Assembly: GCA_036676985.1 (NCBI GenBank)
Contig: JAKFBU010000046.1
Span: forward strand, 1 to 13,170
From: Candidatus Sericytochromatia bacterium
Lineage (GTDB): Bacteria; Cyanobacteriota; Sericytochromatia; S15B-MN24; UBA4093
Direction of reading: 5' to 3'
Length of the DNA: 13,170 nucleotides
Part shown: positions 1 through 10,288 of the stretch, piece by piece
Layout of the letters: every line of letters starts with the position of its first letter
How positions within the stretch are numbered: position 1 is the stretch's first letter
The notes under the pieces: generated by a model
Database searches by the model: none
Seen by the model: only the letters and a program-made list of their open reading frames with translations
Told to the model about the DNA's origin: nothing
Translations under genes and position numbers: made by a program

Positions 1-253
1 GGCCCAGGATCAGCAGTCGGGCGGCAAGCGCGTCGTCAACTCGATGCACCAGATCCATGCGGCCGCCGACGAGGCCGTGACGGCGACCGAGCAGATCGCG
101 AGCTCGACGAGCCAGCTCCAGGATAGGGCGGAGGGGTTGCGGGAGGCGATCGCCTACTTCAAGGCCGAAAGCACCGCCCTCCCTATACGGACCGTCCCTG
201 AGACCCGGCGTCTAGGGCAGGTCACTATACCGCAGGGCGCGCAGTCGAATTGA
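1..253 (+). CDS. 3' end of a methyl-accepting chemotaxis protein (partial, starts before the window)
   Basis: The frame is open from position 2 (AQDQQSGGKRVVNSMHQIHAAADEAVTATEQIASSTSQLQDRAEGLREAIAYFK). The heptad-like A/Q/E/S-rich helix ending in 'L.EAI..F' is typical of MCP signalling-domain C-termini. Stop is TGA at 251-253. Confidence 0.75.
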   Translation, partial: AQDQQSGGKRVVNSMHQIHAAADEAVTATEQIASSTSQLQDRAEGLREAIAYFKAESTALPIRTVPETRRLGQVTIPQGAQSN

Positions 254-311
254 AAAACTTAAGCGAACCATTTGGTAAATAATGAGCCATTCAGGACCTA
301 TCCTAGAATCA

Positions 312-340
312 TTGACCTGACAATCATATTATCGTAATAT
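312..340 (+). promoter_or_regulatory. sigma70-type promoter for the ncRNA-RT transcript
   Basis: TTGACC (312-317), 17-nt spacer, TAATAT (335-340). Predicted TSS is about 347. Confidence 0.75.
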
Positions 341-404
341 TGATCTGCCTGTAAGGAGCTTCCTTAAAGGAGCTGCCTTGAGGGGGAAAGGTAACCTTCA
401 ACAA

Positions 405-410
405 AGTCAA
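405..410 (-). promoter_or_regulatory. -35 half (TTGACT) of the split junction promoter
   Basis: Plus-strand AGTCAA at 405-410. On the minus strand it lies 4 nt before the predicted end of the repeat. Confidence 0.7.
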
Positions 411-504
411 GTTCACCAAGAACTTGATGAGTACCAGAAGCAGCCGCCACCACGGCGAACTGCCGACGAGAAGGGTGTGCATCCAGCACGCGTCTACCTG
501 TTCC

Positions 505-513
505 ATTCTATCA
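505..513 (-). promoter_or_regulatory. Extended -10 half (TGaTAGAAT) of the split junction promoter
   Basis: Plus-strand ATTCTATCA at 505-513. In the genome the hexamer 17 nt upstream is CCCTGG, which is not a -35. Confidence 0.7.
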
Positions 514-636
514 GTCCAGCCAGGCGGCCAGGGAACATTGTAACCTGGGCAAGTCTTGAGCGCGGGGGGACATTTGACGGGTAGTCGCCGCCTGACGCCC
601 TTGCCCCCCGCACTGACTTTCTCGAGCAATAATTAA

Positions 637-1926
637 ATGTCAAACGATTCATCACATGTGGGGTATCCTGACTGGTTCAGACCTAAGGGCTACCTCCATT
701 TTGATCTACCGATCCGTAACCCAAGGCAGATTAACCAGTATTTAAGCCATGTAAGTGACGACCGATGGGTATCAAGCCATGACTTTCTGCCTTTTATCCT
801 CAACGAGCAAAAAGTTCACCGTAAAAAACCGAGACCAGATAATAGCCATACTAAGCTTCGGCCAATTATGTATGCAAGCCATGCCGATGCTTTAATTTAT
901 TCGTATTACAGCAGCATACTTTCTGACAAATACGAAGACCTAATACGCGATACCAATACTGCCATTACATCTATAGCTTACCGTCGGTTTCCGGATAAAA
1001 AGAGTAATATTACATTCGCAAAAGAAGCTTTTGACTTCATTATGCAAGAGGGAAACTGCATTGCCTTAGCATATGATGTGACAGATTTCTTCGGCACTCT
1101 TAACCATGAAATTCTTAAGGCTAATTGGATTCGCGTCCTAGGGCACCAACATGAAAAGTTGCCTGCTGATCACTATGCCGTATATCGATCGTTAGCAAAA
1201 TTTTGCTTTGTCGATCGAAAGGCACTCATGAATGCTCTAGGCGTCACAAAGAAGGACCAGCTTCGCAAGGATCGGTTTTGTGATATATCAGAATTTCGAA
1301 CCCTAGTTCGAAATAAACACCGCCTAATTAATAAGAATCCTAATACCGATAAAGGGATTCCCCAGGGCTCATCTGTGAGCGCCGTCCTTTCTAACATTTA
1401 CATGATCGATTTTGATGAGCGACTTTCCGATTTAGCTTGCCAATTGAACGCATTTTATCGCCGCTATTGTGACGACATTATATTTGTATGCAAACCGGAG
1501 GTGGAATGGATTGCGACTCAAGCAATCAATCACGAACTTCTCCACCTTAATTTAAATGTAAACGGAGAAAAGAAGGACGTATCTGAATTTGCAATCTCAA
1601 ATGGCCGTCAGCAACTTATTGCGCAGACGAAACCACTTCAATATCTAGGCTTTGTGTTCGATGGTGAAAAGATTGTGATTCGCTCACCATCAATGGCAAG
1701 ATATTACCGAAAGCTCAAGGCAGGTGTTCGCGCTGCCAGGAATGAGAAGAAATTTAACAGATTACAACGGATGAATAAAAAATTACTCTATGGACGATAT
1801 TCATCTCTTGGAAAAAAGAACTTCATTAGTTATGTTAAGCGCGCCAGCAATGAAATGGCTTCTGTTGAAATGCTGAGGCAAATTCGCAAGCATTGGCCCG
1901 TATTGCTAAGAGAAATGGATAAGTAG
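637..1926 (+). CDS. drt2: Defence-associated reverse transcriptase, DRT type 2 (UG2)-like, 429 aa
   Basis: RT motifs: RPIMYASHADALIY, AYDVTDFF, GIPQGSSVSAVLSNIYM, catalytic YRRYCDD (YCDD at 1465-1476), LQYLGFVF. The N-terminal WFRPKGYLHFD, the size, the YCDD variant and the upstream ncRNA fit Drt2. No maturase or endonuclease domain and no retron VTG motif. Confidence 0.88.
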   Translation: MSNDSSHVGYPDWFRPKGYLHFDLPIRNPRQINQYLSHVSDDRWVSSHDFLPFILNEQKVHRKKPRPDNSHTKLRPIMYASHADALIYSYYSSILSDKYEDLIRDTNTAITSIAYRRFPDKKSNITFAKEAFDFIMQEGNCIALAYDVTDFFGTLNHEILKANWIRVLGHQHEKLPADHYAVYRSLAKFCFVDRKALMNALGVTKKDQLRKDRFCDISEFRTLVRNKHRLINKNPNTDKGIPQGSSVSAVLSNIYMIDFDERLSDLACQLNAFYRRYCDDIIFVCKPEVEWIATQAINHELLHLNLNVNGEKKDVSEFAISNGRQQLIAQTKPLQYLGFVFDGEKIVIRSPSMARYYRKLKAGVRAARNEKKFNRLQRMNKKLLYGRYSSLGKKNFISYVKRASNEMASVEMLRQIRKHWPVLLREMDK

Positions 1927-2353
1927 AAGTTACATCTACAAGCCTTCTGAGAGAATTGGGAATGTAGTTCTCGTCGGACGTCCGTCGCGGCGTCAGACGG
2001 GTGAGGCTCGGCTTCGCATCGCGCTTAGAACTCCGCCAACTCGATGAACGCTGGTATGCAACATAAAATTAGCGGCAAAGATCTTCGCTATTGCCCAGGA
2101 CATATGTGGTGGGCTCTGGAATCTCCGCATGGAATTGTCGTGCATCAACTCAACCGTCCGTGCTTTTCAACCCTCCATCAATCGCTCGATATTCGTTAAT
2201 GGCACGCAAGATAATTGCTCGCTGACTGCGCTCTTTACCTTGAGAAAGCCCCTAAGCAGCGCTAATTCGCTCACCAAGCGATTCCCGGAACCCGCCGAGG
2301 GTTAGACACTCTTAGCCGCGCCATCTCTCATCTTCTCGCCTCCCCGGCGTCGC

Positions 2354-2382
2354 TTGACATTGGGGATTGGCGGGCGTAAGCT
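2354..2382 (+). promoter_or_regulatory. sigma70 promoter of the suf operon
   Basis: Perfect TTGACA (2354-2359), 17-nt spacer, TAAGCT (2377-2382). Confidence 0.8.
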
Positions 2383-2388
2383 GAATCC

Positions 2389-2417
2389 AGATAAATCAGA
2401 CCTTTTTTATCTTGTTT
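2389..2417. promoter_or_regulatory. Candidate Rrf2-family operator overlapping the suf TSS
   Basis: AT-rich imperfect palindromes: AGATAAA-N10-TTTATCT (2389-2412) and AAATCAGAC-N7-ATCTTGTTT (2393-2417), just downstream of the -10. Confidence 0.5.
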
Positions 2418-2471
2418 CACCCTCGCCCGGCCGGTAAGGTCGGAGAGGGGCAACGCCTTTCAGGAGCCACC

Positions 2472-4678
<2,207 letters not shown>

Positions 4679-6016
4679 ATGAAGCCCGCGATCGTCGAAC
4701 TCGTCCAGGACCCCACGGTGGCGAGCCTCCTGCGCACGCGGCCCGAGCTCCCCGAGACGGGGCTCATGAGCGTCGCCATGCTGCGCCGCGAGGCCGTCGA
4801 TCGCCTGAGCGCCCTTCCGATGCCGGGCATCAAGGACGAGGAGTGGCGCTTCACCAACCTCGCGCCCCTCAAGGAGCTCACGTTCCAGGCCCCCGAGCGC
4901 AAGCCCGAGGCCGTGACGCTCGAGTCCATCGAGCGCTTCGTCCTGCCCGAGGCCAAGGCGAGCCGCCTGGTCTTCGTGAACGGCGCCTACGCCCCGCACC
5001 TGTCGGACGTGAGCGCCCTGGGCGCGGGCATCGTCGTCAAGAACCTCGCGGACGCGGGCGACGAGGCCAAGCTGCTCGACAGCCACCTGGCGCGCCATGC
5101 GGCCTTCCGGGACGACGTCTTCCTGGCCCTCAACACGGCCTTCCTCGGGGACGGCGCGCTCGTGCACCTGGGCCGCGAACGGGTCGCCCCGGCCCCCTTG
5201 CACCTCCTGTTCGTGGCGGTGCCCGGCGCCGAGACCGTCGTCGTCCACCCGCGTGTGCTGCTCGTGGCCGAGGCCATGAGCGAGGCCATCGTGGTCGAGG
5301 ACTACGTGAGCCTGGCGGACGGCGTCACCCTCACCAACGCCGTGACGGAGCTCTTCCTGGCGGACGACGCCCGGATCAAGCACGTGCGCCTGCAGCGCGA
5401 GAGCCGCCAGAGCTACCATCTCGGCCGGTCGGCCGCGGTGCTCGGCCGCGACAGCTCGTACCACTCGCACGCGGTGACGCTCGGCGCGGCCTTCAGCCGG
5501 CACGAGCCCACGGTGCTCCAGACGGCCGAGGGCACGGACGCCAGCCTCAACGGCCTGGTGCTCCTGTCGGGCGAGCAGTTCGCGGACACCCACAGCGTCA
5601 TCGACCACGCCAAGCCCCACGGCACGAGCAACCAGCTGCACAAGTGCGTCCTGGGCGGCACGTCGCGCGGGGTCTTCAACGGCAAGATCCTGGTGCGGCA
5701 GCACGCGTCCCAGACCAACTCGGCCCAGGCCAACCGCAACTTGCTGCTCACGCAGAAGGCGCGGATCGATACCAAGCCCCAGCTCGAGATCTTCAACGAG
5801 GACGTGCGCTGCTCGCACGGCGCCACCGTCGGCCAGATCGAGCCCGAGGAGATCTTCTACCTGCGCAGCCGCGGCCTCTCGGAGGCCGATGCCCGCCACC
5901 TGCTCATCTTCGCGTTCGCGGCCGAGGTCCTCGACGGCCTGCCGGTGCCGTCCCTCAAGGACGACCTGCGCGACCACGCCCTGGAGCAGATGGCGTCGGC
6001 CAAGGAAGGACGGTAG
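4679..6016 (+). CDS. sufD: Fe-S assembly protein SufD
   Basis: EEWRFTNL, GVFNGKILV, IDTKPQLEIFNEDVRCSHGATVG, FYLRSRG, plus position in the operon. Confidence 0.95.
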   Translation: MKPAIVELVQDPTVASLLRTRPELPETGLMSVAMLRREAVDRLSALPMPGIKDEEWRFTNLAPLKELTFQAPERKPEAVTLESIERFVLPEAKASRLVFVNGAYAPHLSDVSALGAGIVVKNLADAGDEAKLLDSHLARHAAFRDDVFLALNTAFLGDGALVHLGRERVAPAPLHLLFVAVPGAETVVVHPRVLLVAEAMSEAIVVEDYVSLADGVTLTNAVTELFLADDARIKHVRLQRESRQSYHLGRSAAVLGRDSSYHSHAVTLGAAFSRHEPTVLQTAEGTDASLNGLVLLSGEQFADTHSVIDHAKPHGTSNQLHKCVLGGTSRGVFNGKILVRQHASQTNSAQANRNLLLTQKARIDTKPQLEIFNEDVRCSHGATVGQIEPEEIFYLRSRGLSEADARHLLIFAFAAEVLDGLPVPSLKDDLRDHALEQMASAKEGR

Positions 6017-6019
6017 GAC

Positions 6020-7269
<1,250 letters not shown>

Positions 7270-7270
<1 letters not shown>

Positions 7271-7749
7271 TGAGCTCTCCTAGTCAGCTCTACCAGGAAG
7301 TGATCCTGGAGCACAACAAGAAGCCCCGCAACTACGGCCTCCTCGCGGAGTCCAACCGGCGCGCCGAGGGTCGCAACCCGCTCTGCGGCGACCACATCAC
7401 GTTGACGCTCAACGTCGCGGACGACAAGATCGACCAGATCGGCTTCGAGGGCCACAGCTGCGCCATCTGCAAGGCGTCCAGCTCGATGATGACGAGCACG
7501 GTGAAGGGCAAGACCGTCACCGAGGCCGAGGAGCTGGTGCAGCAGTTCCGCGACATGGCCACCGGCAAGCTGAACGCCGAGTCGCCCGAGAGCCGGCTGG
7601 GCCGCCTCAAGGTGTTCTCGGGCGTGGCCGGGCTGCCCTCGCGGGTCAAGTGCGCGGTGCTGCCCTGGCACACGCTGCATGCCGCCCTCCACAACGAAGA
7701 GGCCGTGAGCACCGAGGGCAGCGCCGACCCGGTCGCCAAGCAAGGTTAA
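7270..7749 (+). CDS. sufU: SufU-type sulfur transfer protein (NifU_N family)
   Basis: LYQEVILEH..KPRNYG, NPLCGD, CAICKASSSMM, RVKCAVLPW. TAATG overlap with sufS. Confidence 0.93.
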
Positions 7750-7762
7750 GAAGGATTCGAGT

Positions 7763-8320
7763 ATGCCGAAGATCGCCGAGATCGAGATGACGCCCAACCC
7801 CAACGCGCGGAAGTTCGTCCTGAAGGACCCGCTGACCTACGGGGTCGCCCGCTCGTACGACAACGCCACGGTGGCGCAGTCGGACGCGCTGGCGACGGCG
7901 CTGTTCGCGATCCCGCACGTCTCCAACGTCTACTACCTCGACCGCTACCTGACGGTCACGCAGGACGGCGGCGCCGATTGGAACGACCTCTTGCGCGAGG
8001 TGGCCGTGCCCATCCGGGCGGCCGAGGCCGCGACGGCTCCGGCCGTGCCCCAGACCGCCCAGGACGTCTCGCACCTGGCCTCGGACCCCGAGTCGGGCGC
8101 GCTGCTGGTCCAGATCAACGAGATCCTCGACAAGCAGATCCGGCCCGCGCTCATGATGGACGGCGGCGGCCTGGAGATCGTGGGACTCGAGGGCAAGGAG
8201 CTGCGGATCCACTACCACGGCGCCTGCGGCACCTGCCCCAGCGCCACCTTCGGCACCCTGATGGCGATCGAGAACCTGGTGCGCAGCGTGGACCCCGAGC
8301 TCATGGTGGTGTCGGTCTAA
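7763..8320 (+). CDS. Nfu/NifU-family Fe-S carrier (Nfu_N plus NifU C-terminal domain)
   Basis: N-terminal TPNPNARKF, and C-terminal IRPALMMDGGG...GACGTCPSA with a CXXC motif. Confidence 0.9.
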   Translation: MPKIAEIEMTPNPNARKFVLKDPLTYGVARSYDNATVAQSDALATALFAIPHVSNVYYLDRYLTVTQDGGADWNDLLREVAVPIRAAEAATAPAVPQTAQDVSHLASDPESGALLVQINEILDKQIRPALMMDGGGLEIVGLEGKELRIHYHGACGTCPSATFGTLMAIENLVRSVDPELMVVSV

Positions 8321-8338
8321 CCTGGAAAGGAAGGCGAC

Positions 8339-8791
8339 ATGAAGCTGACGAAGGCCTCCGAGTACGGGATCCTGACGATGGTCCACCTGGCCAAGCAGCC
8401 GCCTGGTCAGCTGTCGGACATCGCCCGCATCGCCGAGGACGAGCGCATCCCCGCGTCGTTCCTGGGCAAGCTCGTGACGACGCTCGTCAAGGCGGGGCTC
8501 ATCCGCTCGCAGCGGGGCTCGCAGGGCGGCATCGAGCTGGCCCGTCCGGCCTCGGACATCACGCTCCGGCATGTCATCGAGGCGACCGAGGGCGAGATCG
8601 CGGTCAACGAGTGCACGTCGAGTTCGGCCTATGCCTGCTTCCGCAGCGGCTGCGCCGTGCAGGGCGCGCTGCGCTCGGCGCAGAACGCCTTCTTGGAAGC
8701 GCTGGAAGGGTTCACGCTGGAGGGGTTGGCGCAGCTGGACCGGTACCAGCCGCAGGCGGTGACGCTGACGCCACTGATGAGCGAGCGGTAA
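8339..8791 (+). CDS. Rrf2-family transcriptional regulator with three Cys (probable Fe-S sensor)
   Basis: MKLTKASEYG, IPASFLGK, LVKAGLIRSQRGSQGGIELARP..ITL..VIEA.EG, and a C-X7-C-X4-C cluster. SD-like GGAAGG upstream. Confidence 0.92.
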   Translation: MKLTKASEYGILTMVHLAKQPPGQLSDIARIAEDERIPASFLGKLVTTLVKAGLIRSQRGSQGGIELARPASDITLRHVIEATEGEIAVNECTSSSAYACFRSGCAVQGALRSAQNAFLEALEGFTLEGLAQLDRYQPQAVTLTPLMSER

Positions 8792-8800
8792 ATAAGTCAA

Positions 8801-8831
8801 AGGGGCGGCCTGGCGGCCGCCCCTCTTTTTT
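8801..8831 (+). terminator. Intrinsic terminator of the suf operon
   Basis: AGGGGCGGCC-tggc-GGCCGCCCCT is a perfect 10-bp stem, followed by CTTTTTT. Confidence 0.9.
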
Positions 8832-8837
8832 GAGGAA

Positions 8838-8894
8838 CCGTTCGCCCCTTCGACAGGCTCAGGACAGGCTTTCGACCAGGCTCAAGACGAACGG
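8838..8894. repeat. REP-like extragenic element
   Basis: Terminal inverted repeat CCGTTCG (8838-8844)/CGAACGG (8888-8894) enclosing two direct copies, TTCGACAGGCTCAGGAC (8849-8865) and TTCGACCAGGCTCAAGAC (8871-8888). Confidence 0.6.
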
Positions 8895-8936
8895 GATTTA
8901 TTGTGGGTATCAAGGGTACTTAGCCGACTACCCCGA

Positions 8937-10196
8937 TTAGGACGCCGCCGCGACCGGCCCCGCCTCGGGGGCGGGCGCGAGCTTGTCCAGGCGCCCGAAG
9001 AGGCGGATGGCAAGCAACATGGCCACGAGCATGAGGGCCGACCCCACGAAGAAGGCGATACCCGGCAACTCCATGCGCGCCTTGGGGCCCGTGAACTCCG
9101 CGAACAGCAAGCTCGAGAACATCGGCCCCACCACGCCCGTGAGGCTCATGAGGCTCGTGAGCGCGCCCTGAACGGCGCCCTGCTCGTAAGGACCGACCGT
9201 CCGAGAGACCAGGCCCTGGATGGCCGGGCCCGCGAGGCCGCCCAGGCTCGCGAACGTGAGGATGACGTACATCATCCAGCCCTGCGTCGCCAACCCGTAG
9301 AAGAGGAACCCGAGGGCCCCGATGAGCAGGCCCACGATGATCGCGCGCTGCTCGCCCAGCTTGGGCATGAGCACCCGGATGAGGCCGCCCTGGACGATGG
9401 CCGCCGTGAGGCCCACCACCGCCAAAGCCGCGCCGTTCTCGGCCGTGCCCCAGTGGAAGCGGTAGGTCGTGAAGAGGACCCAGGTGCTGTGCAGGGCGTT
9501 CTGCGCGAGGCCCATCAGGACGAAGGTGGACGTCAGGCCCATGACGACGGGGTACTTGCGGAGCAGCGTCACCCACGAGAAGGGGTTCGCCTTGTCGAGG
9601 GTGAACTTGCGCCGGTTCTCCACGGCGTGCGACTCGGGCACGATGAAAAGGCCGTACAGGAAGTTCAAGAGCGTGATGGCCGCTGCCGCGTAGAAGGGTA
9701 CGTGCAGCCCGAGGCTGCCCAGGAGGCCGCCCACCGCCGGGCCCACGATGAAGCCGATGCCGAAGGCCGCCCCCACCATGCCGAAGTTCTTGGCCCGATC
9801 CTCCGGGCTGCTGACGTCCGCGATGTAGGTCGTGGCCACCGTCAGGCTCGCGCCCGCGAGGCCCGCGAGCGTCCGGGCCACGAAGAGCCACACGAGGCTC
9901 GGCGAGAGGGCCATCATCAGATAGCTGAGGGCCGTGCCGAAGAGCGAGATCAGGAGCACCGGCTTGCGGCCCACCTGATCCGACCACGCCCCCAGCATGG
10001 GAGCGAACAGGAACTGCATCAGCGTGTAGACCGAGCCCAGAGCGCCGTAGTAGCGCGAGGCCTCCGAGAGGTCCCCGCCCACGAACTGGGCCACCAGCTG
10101 GGGCATGATCGGGATGATGAGCCCGATGCCGACGATGTCCAGGAAGATCGTCGTGAAGATGAACAGCATGCCGGCGGCCCGCCGAGTCGTGGCCAT
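8937..10196 (-). CDS. MFS drug:H+ antiporter, TetA/DHA1-like (substrate unknown)
   Basis: About 12 hydrophobic segments, [11 protein letters not shown], motif [20 protein letters not shown], motif [29 protein letters not shown] upstream. Confidence 0.92.
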   Translation of the reverse strand: MATTRRAAGMLFIFTTIFLDIVGIGLIIPIMPQLVAQFVGGDLSEASRYYGALGSVYTLMQFLFAPMLGAWSDQVGRKPVLLISLFGTALSYLMMALSPSLVWLFVARTLAGLAGASLTVATTYIADVSSPEDRAKNFGMVGAAFGIGFIVGPAVGGLLGSLGLHVPFYAAAAITLLNFLYGLFIVPESHAVENRRKFTLDKANPFSWVTLLRKYPVVMGLTSTFVLMGLAQNALHSTWVLFTTYRFHWGTAENGAALAVVGLTAAIVQGGLIRVLMPKLGEQRAIIVGLLIGALGFLFYGLATQGWMMYVILTFASLGGLAGPAIQGLVSRTVGPYEQGAVQGALTSLMSLTGVVGPMFSSLLFAEFTGPKARMELPGIAFFVGSALMLVAMLLAIRLFGRLDKLAPAPEAGPVAAAS

Positions 10197-10213
10197 GAAC
10201 CCCTCCCCCTTGC

Positions 10214-10250
10214 AAGAAAACAGAGCGTTCGCCCCGGTGGGCGAACGCTC
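10214..10250 (-). terminator. Intrinsic terminator between the secreted-protein gene and the MFS gene
   Basis: Perfect 12-bp stem 10223-10234/10239-10250, followed on the minus strand by TGTTTTCTT. Confidence 0.7.
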
Positions 10251-10288
10251 CTCTACATTAGCGCCTTTTAACCCGGCTGAAAAGCCTG

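Larger units (their letters stand above)
401..523 (-). other. neo: Predicted cDNA repeat unit encoding a Neo-like never-ending ORF (41 aa per repeat: SGWTDRMEQVDACWMHTLLVGSSPWWRLLLVLIKFLVNLTL)
   Basis: 123 nt equals 41 codons. One antisense frame is stop-free and stays in frame across the junction (TTG T|CT GGC). The other two antisense frames contain TAG or TGA. The junction rebuilds a promoter with 17-nt spacing. The 523 boundary is inferred. Confidence 0.72.
347..630 (+). ncRNA. DRT2-associated structured ncRNA (template plus scaffold); ends approximate
   Basis: About 285 nt between the promoter and the RT start. Stems: 378-384/395-401, 407-414/420-427 (perfect 8 bp), 528-532/544-548, 562-569/604-611 (perfect 8 bp). 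Long-range pairing 521-528/587-594. ACA motifs at 401-403 and 535-537. Size and layout match the DRT2 ncRNA. Confidence 0.8.
254..2330. other. AT-richer, probably horizontally acquired islet carrying the DRT2 module (boundaries approximate)
   Basis: Abrupt shift from GC3-saturated flanking genes to A/T-rich sequence and codons (TTA, ATA, AAT, AAA) in the RT gene. No integrase, transposase or terminal repeats were seen. Confidence 0.7.

Noticed and set aside
401-534. Repeat unit defined simply by the ACA-to-ACA distance (134 nt)
   Set aside because: Not a multiple of 3, so concatemers would hit stops, and the -35/-10 spacer would be 28 nt. The 123-nt unit satisfies both constraints.
378-584. 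68-aa plus-strand ORF upstream of the RT as a possible effector
   Set aside because: TTG start inside a stem, no recognisable features, and it lies wholly within the structured ncRNA, which explains the region better.
324-629. 101-aa minus-strand ORF as a conventional gene
   Set aside because: TTG start with no evident SD or promoter. Only its 401-523 core is meaningful, as the Neo repeat frame. The flanks translate RNA stems.
347-1926. Retron, group II intron, DGR or CRISPR-associated RT interpretation
   Set aside because: No long a1/a2 inverted repeats enclosing msr-msd, no VTG motif or effector, no maturase domain or intron domain V, no TR/VR pair, and no cas1 or array.
2412-2471. N-terminal extension of SufB from the ORF track
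   Set aside because: The TTG start overlaps the operator-like palindrome. ATG 2472 has a good SD and matches the expected SufB N-terminus.
8937-10196. Calling the MFS gene tetA, an acquired tetracycline resistance gene
   Set aside because: Family-level similarity only. It has host-like codon usage and no adjacent tetR or mobile element.
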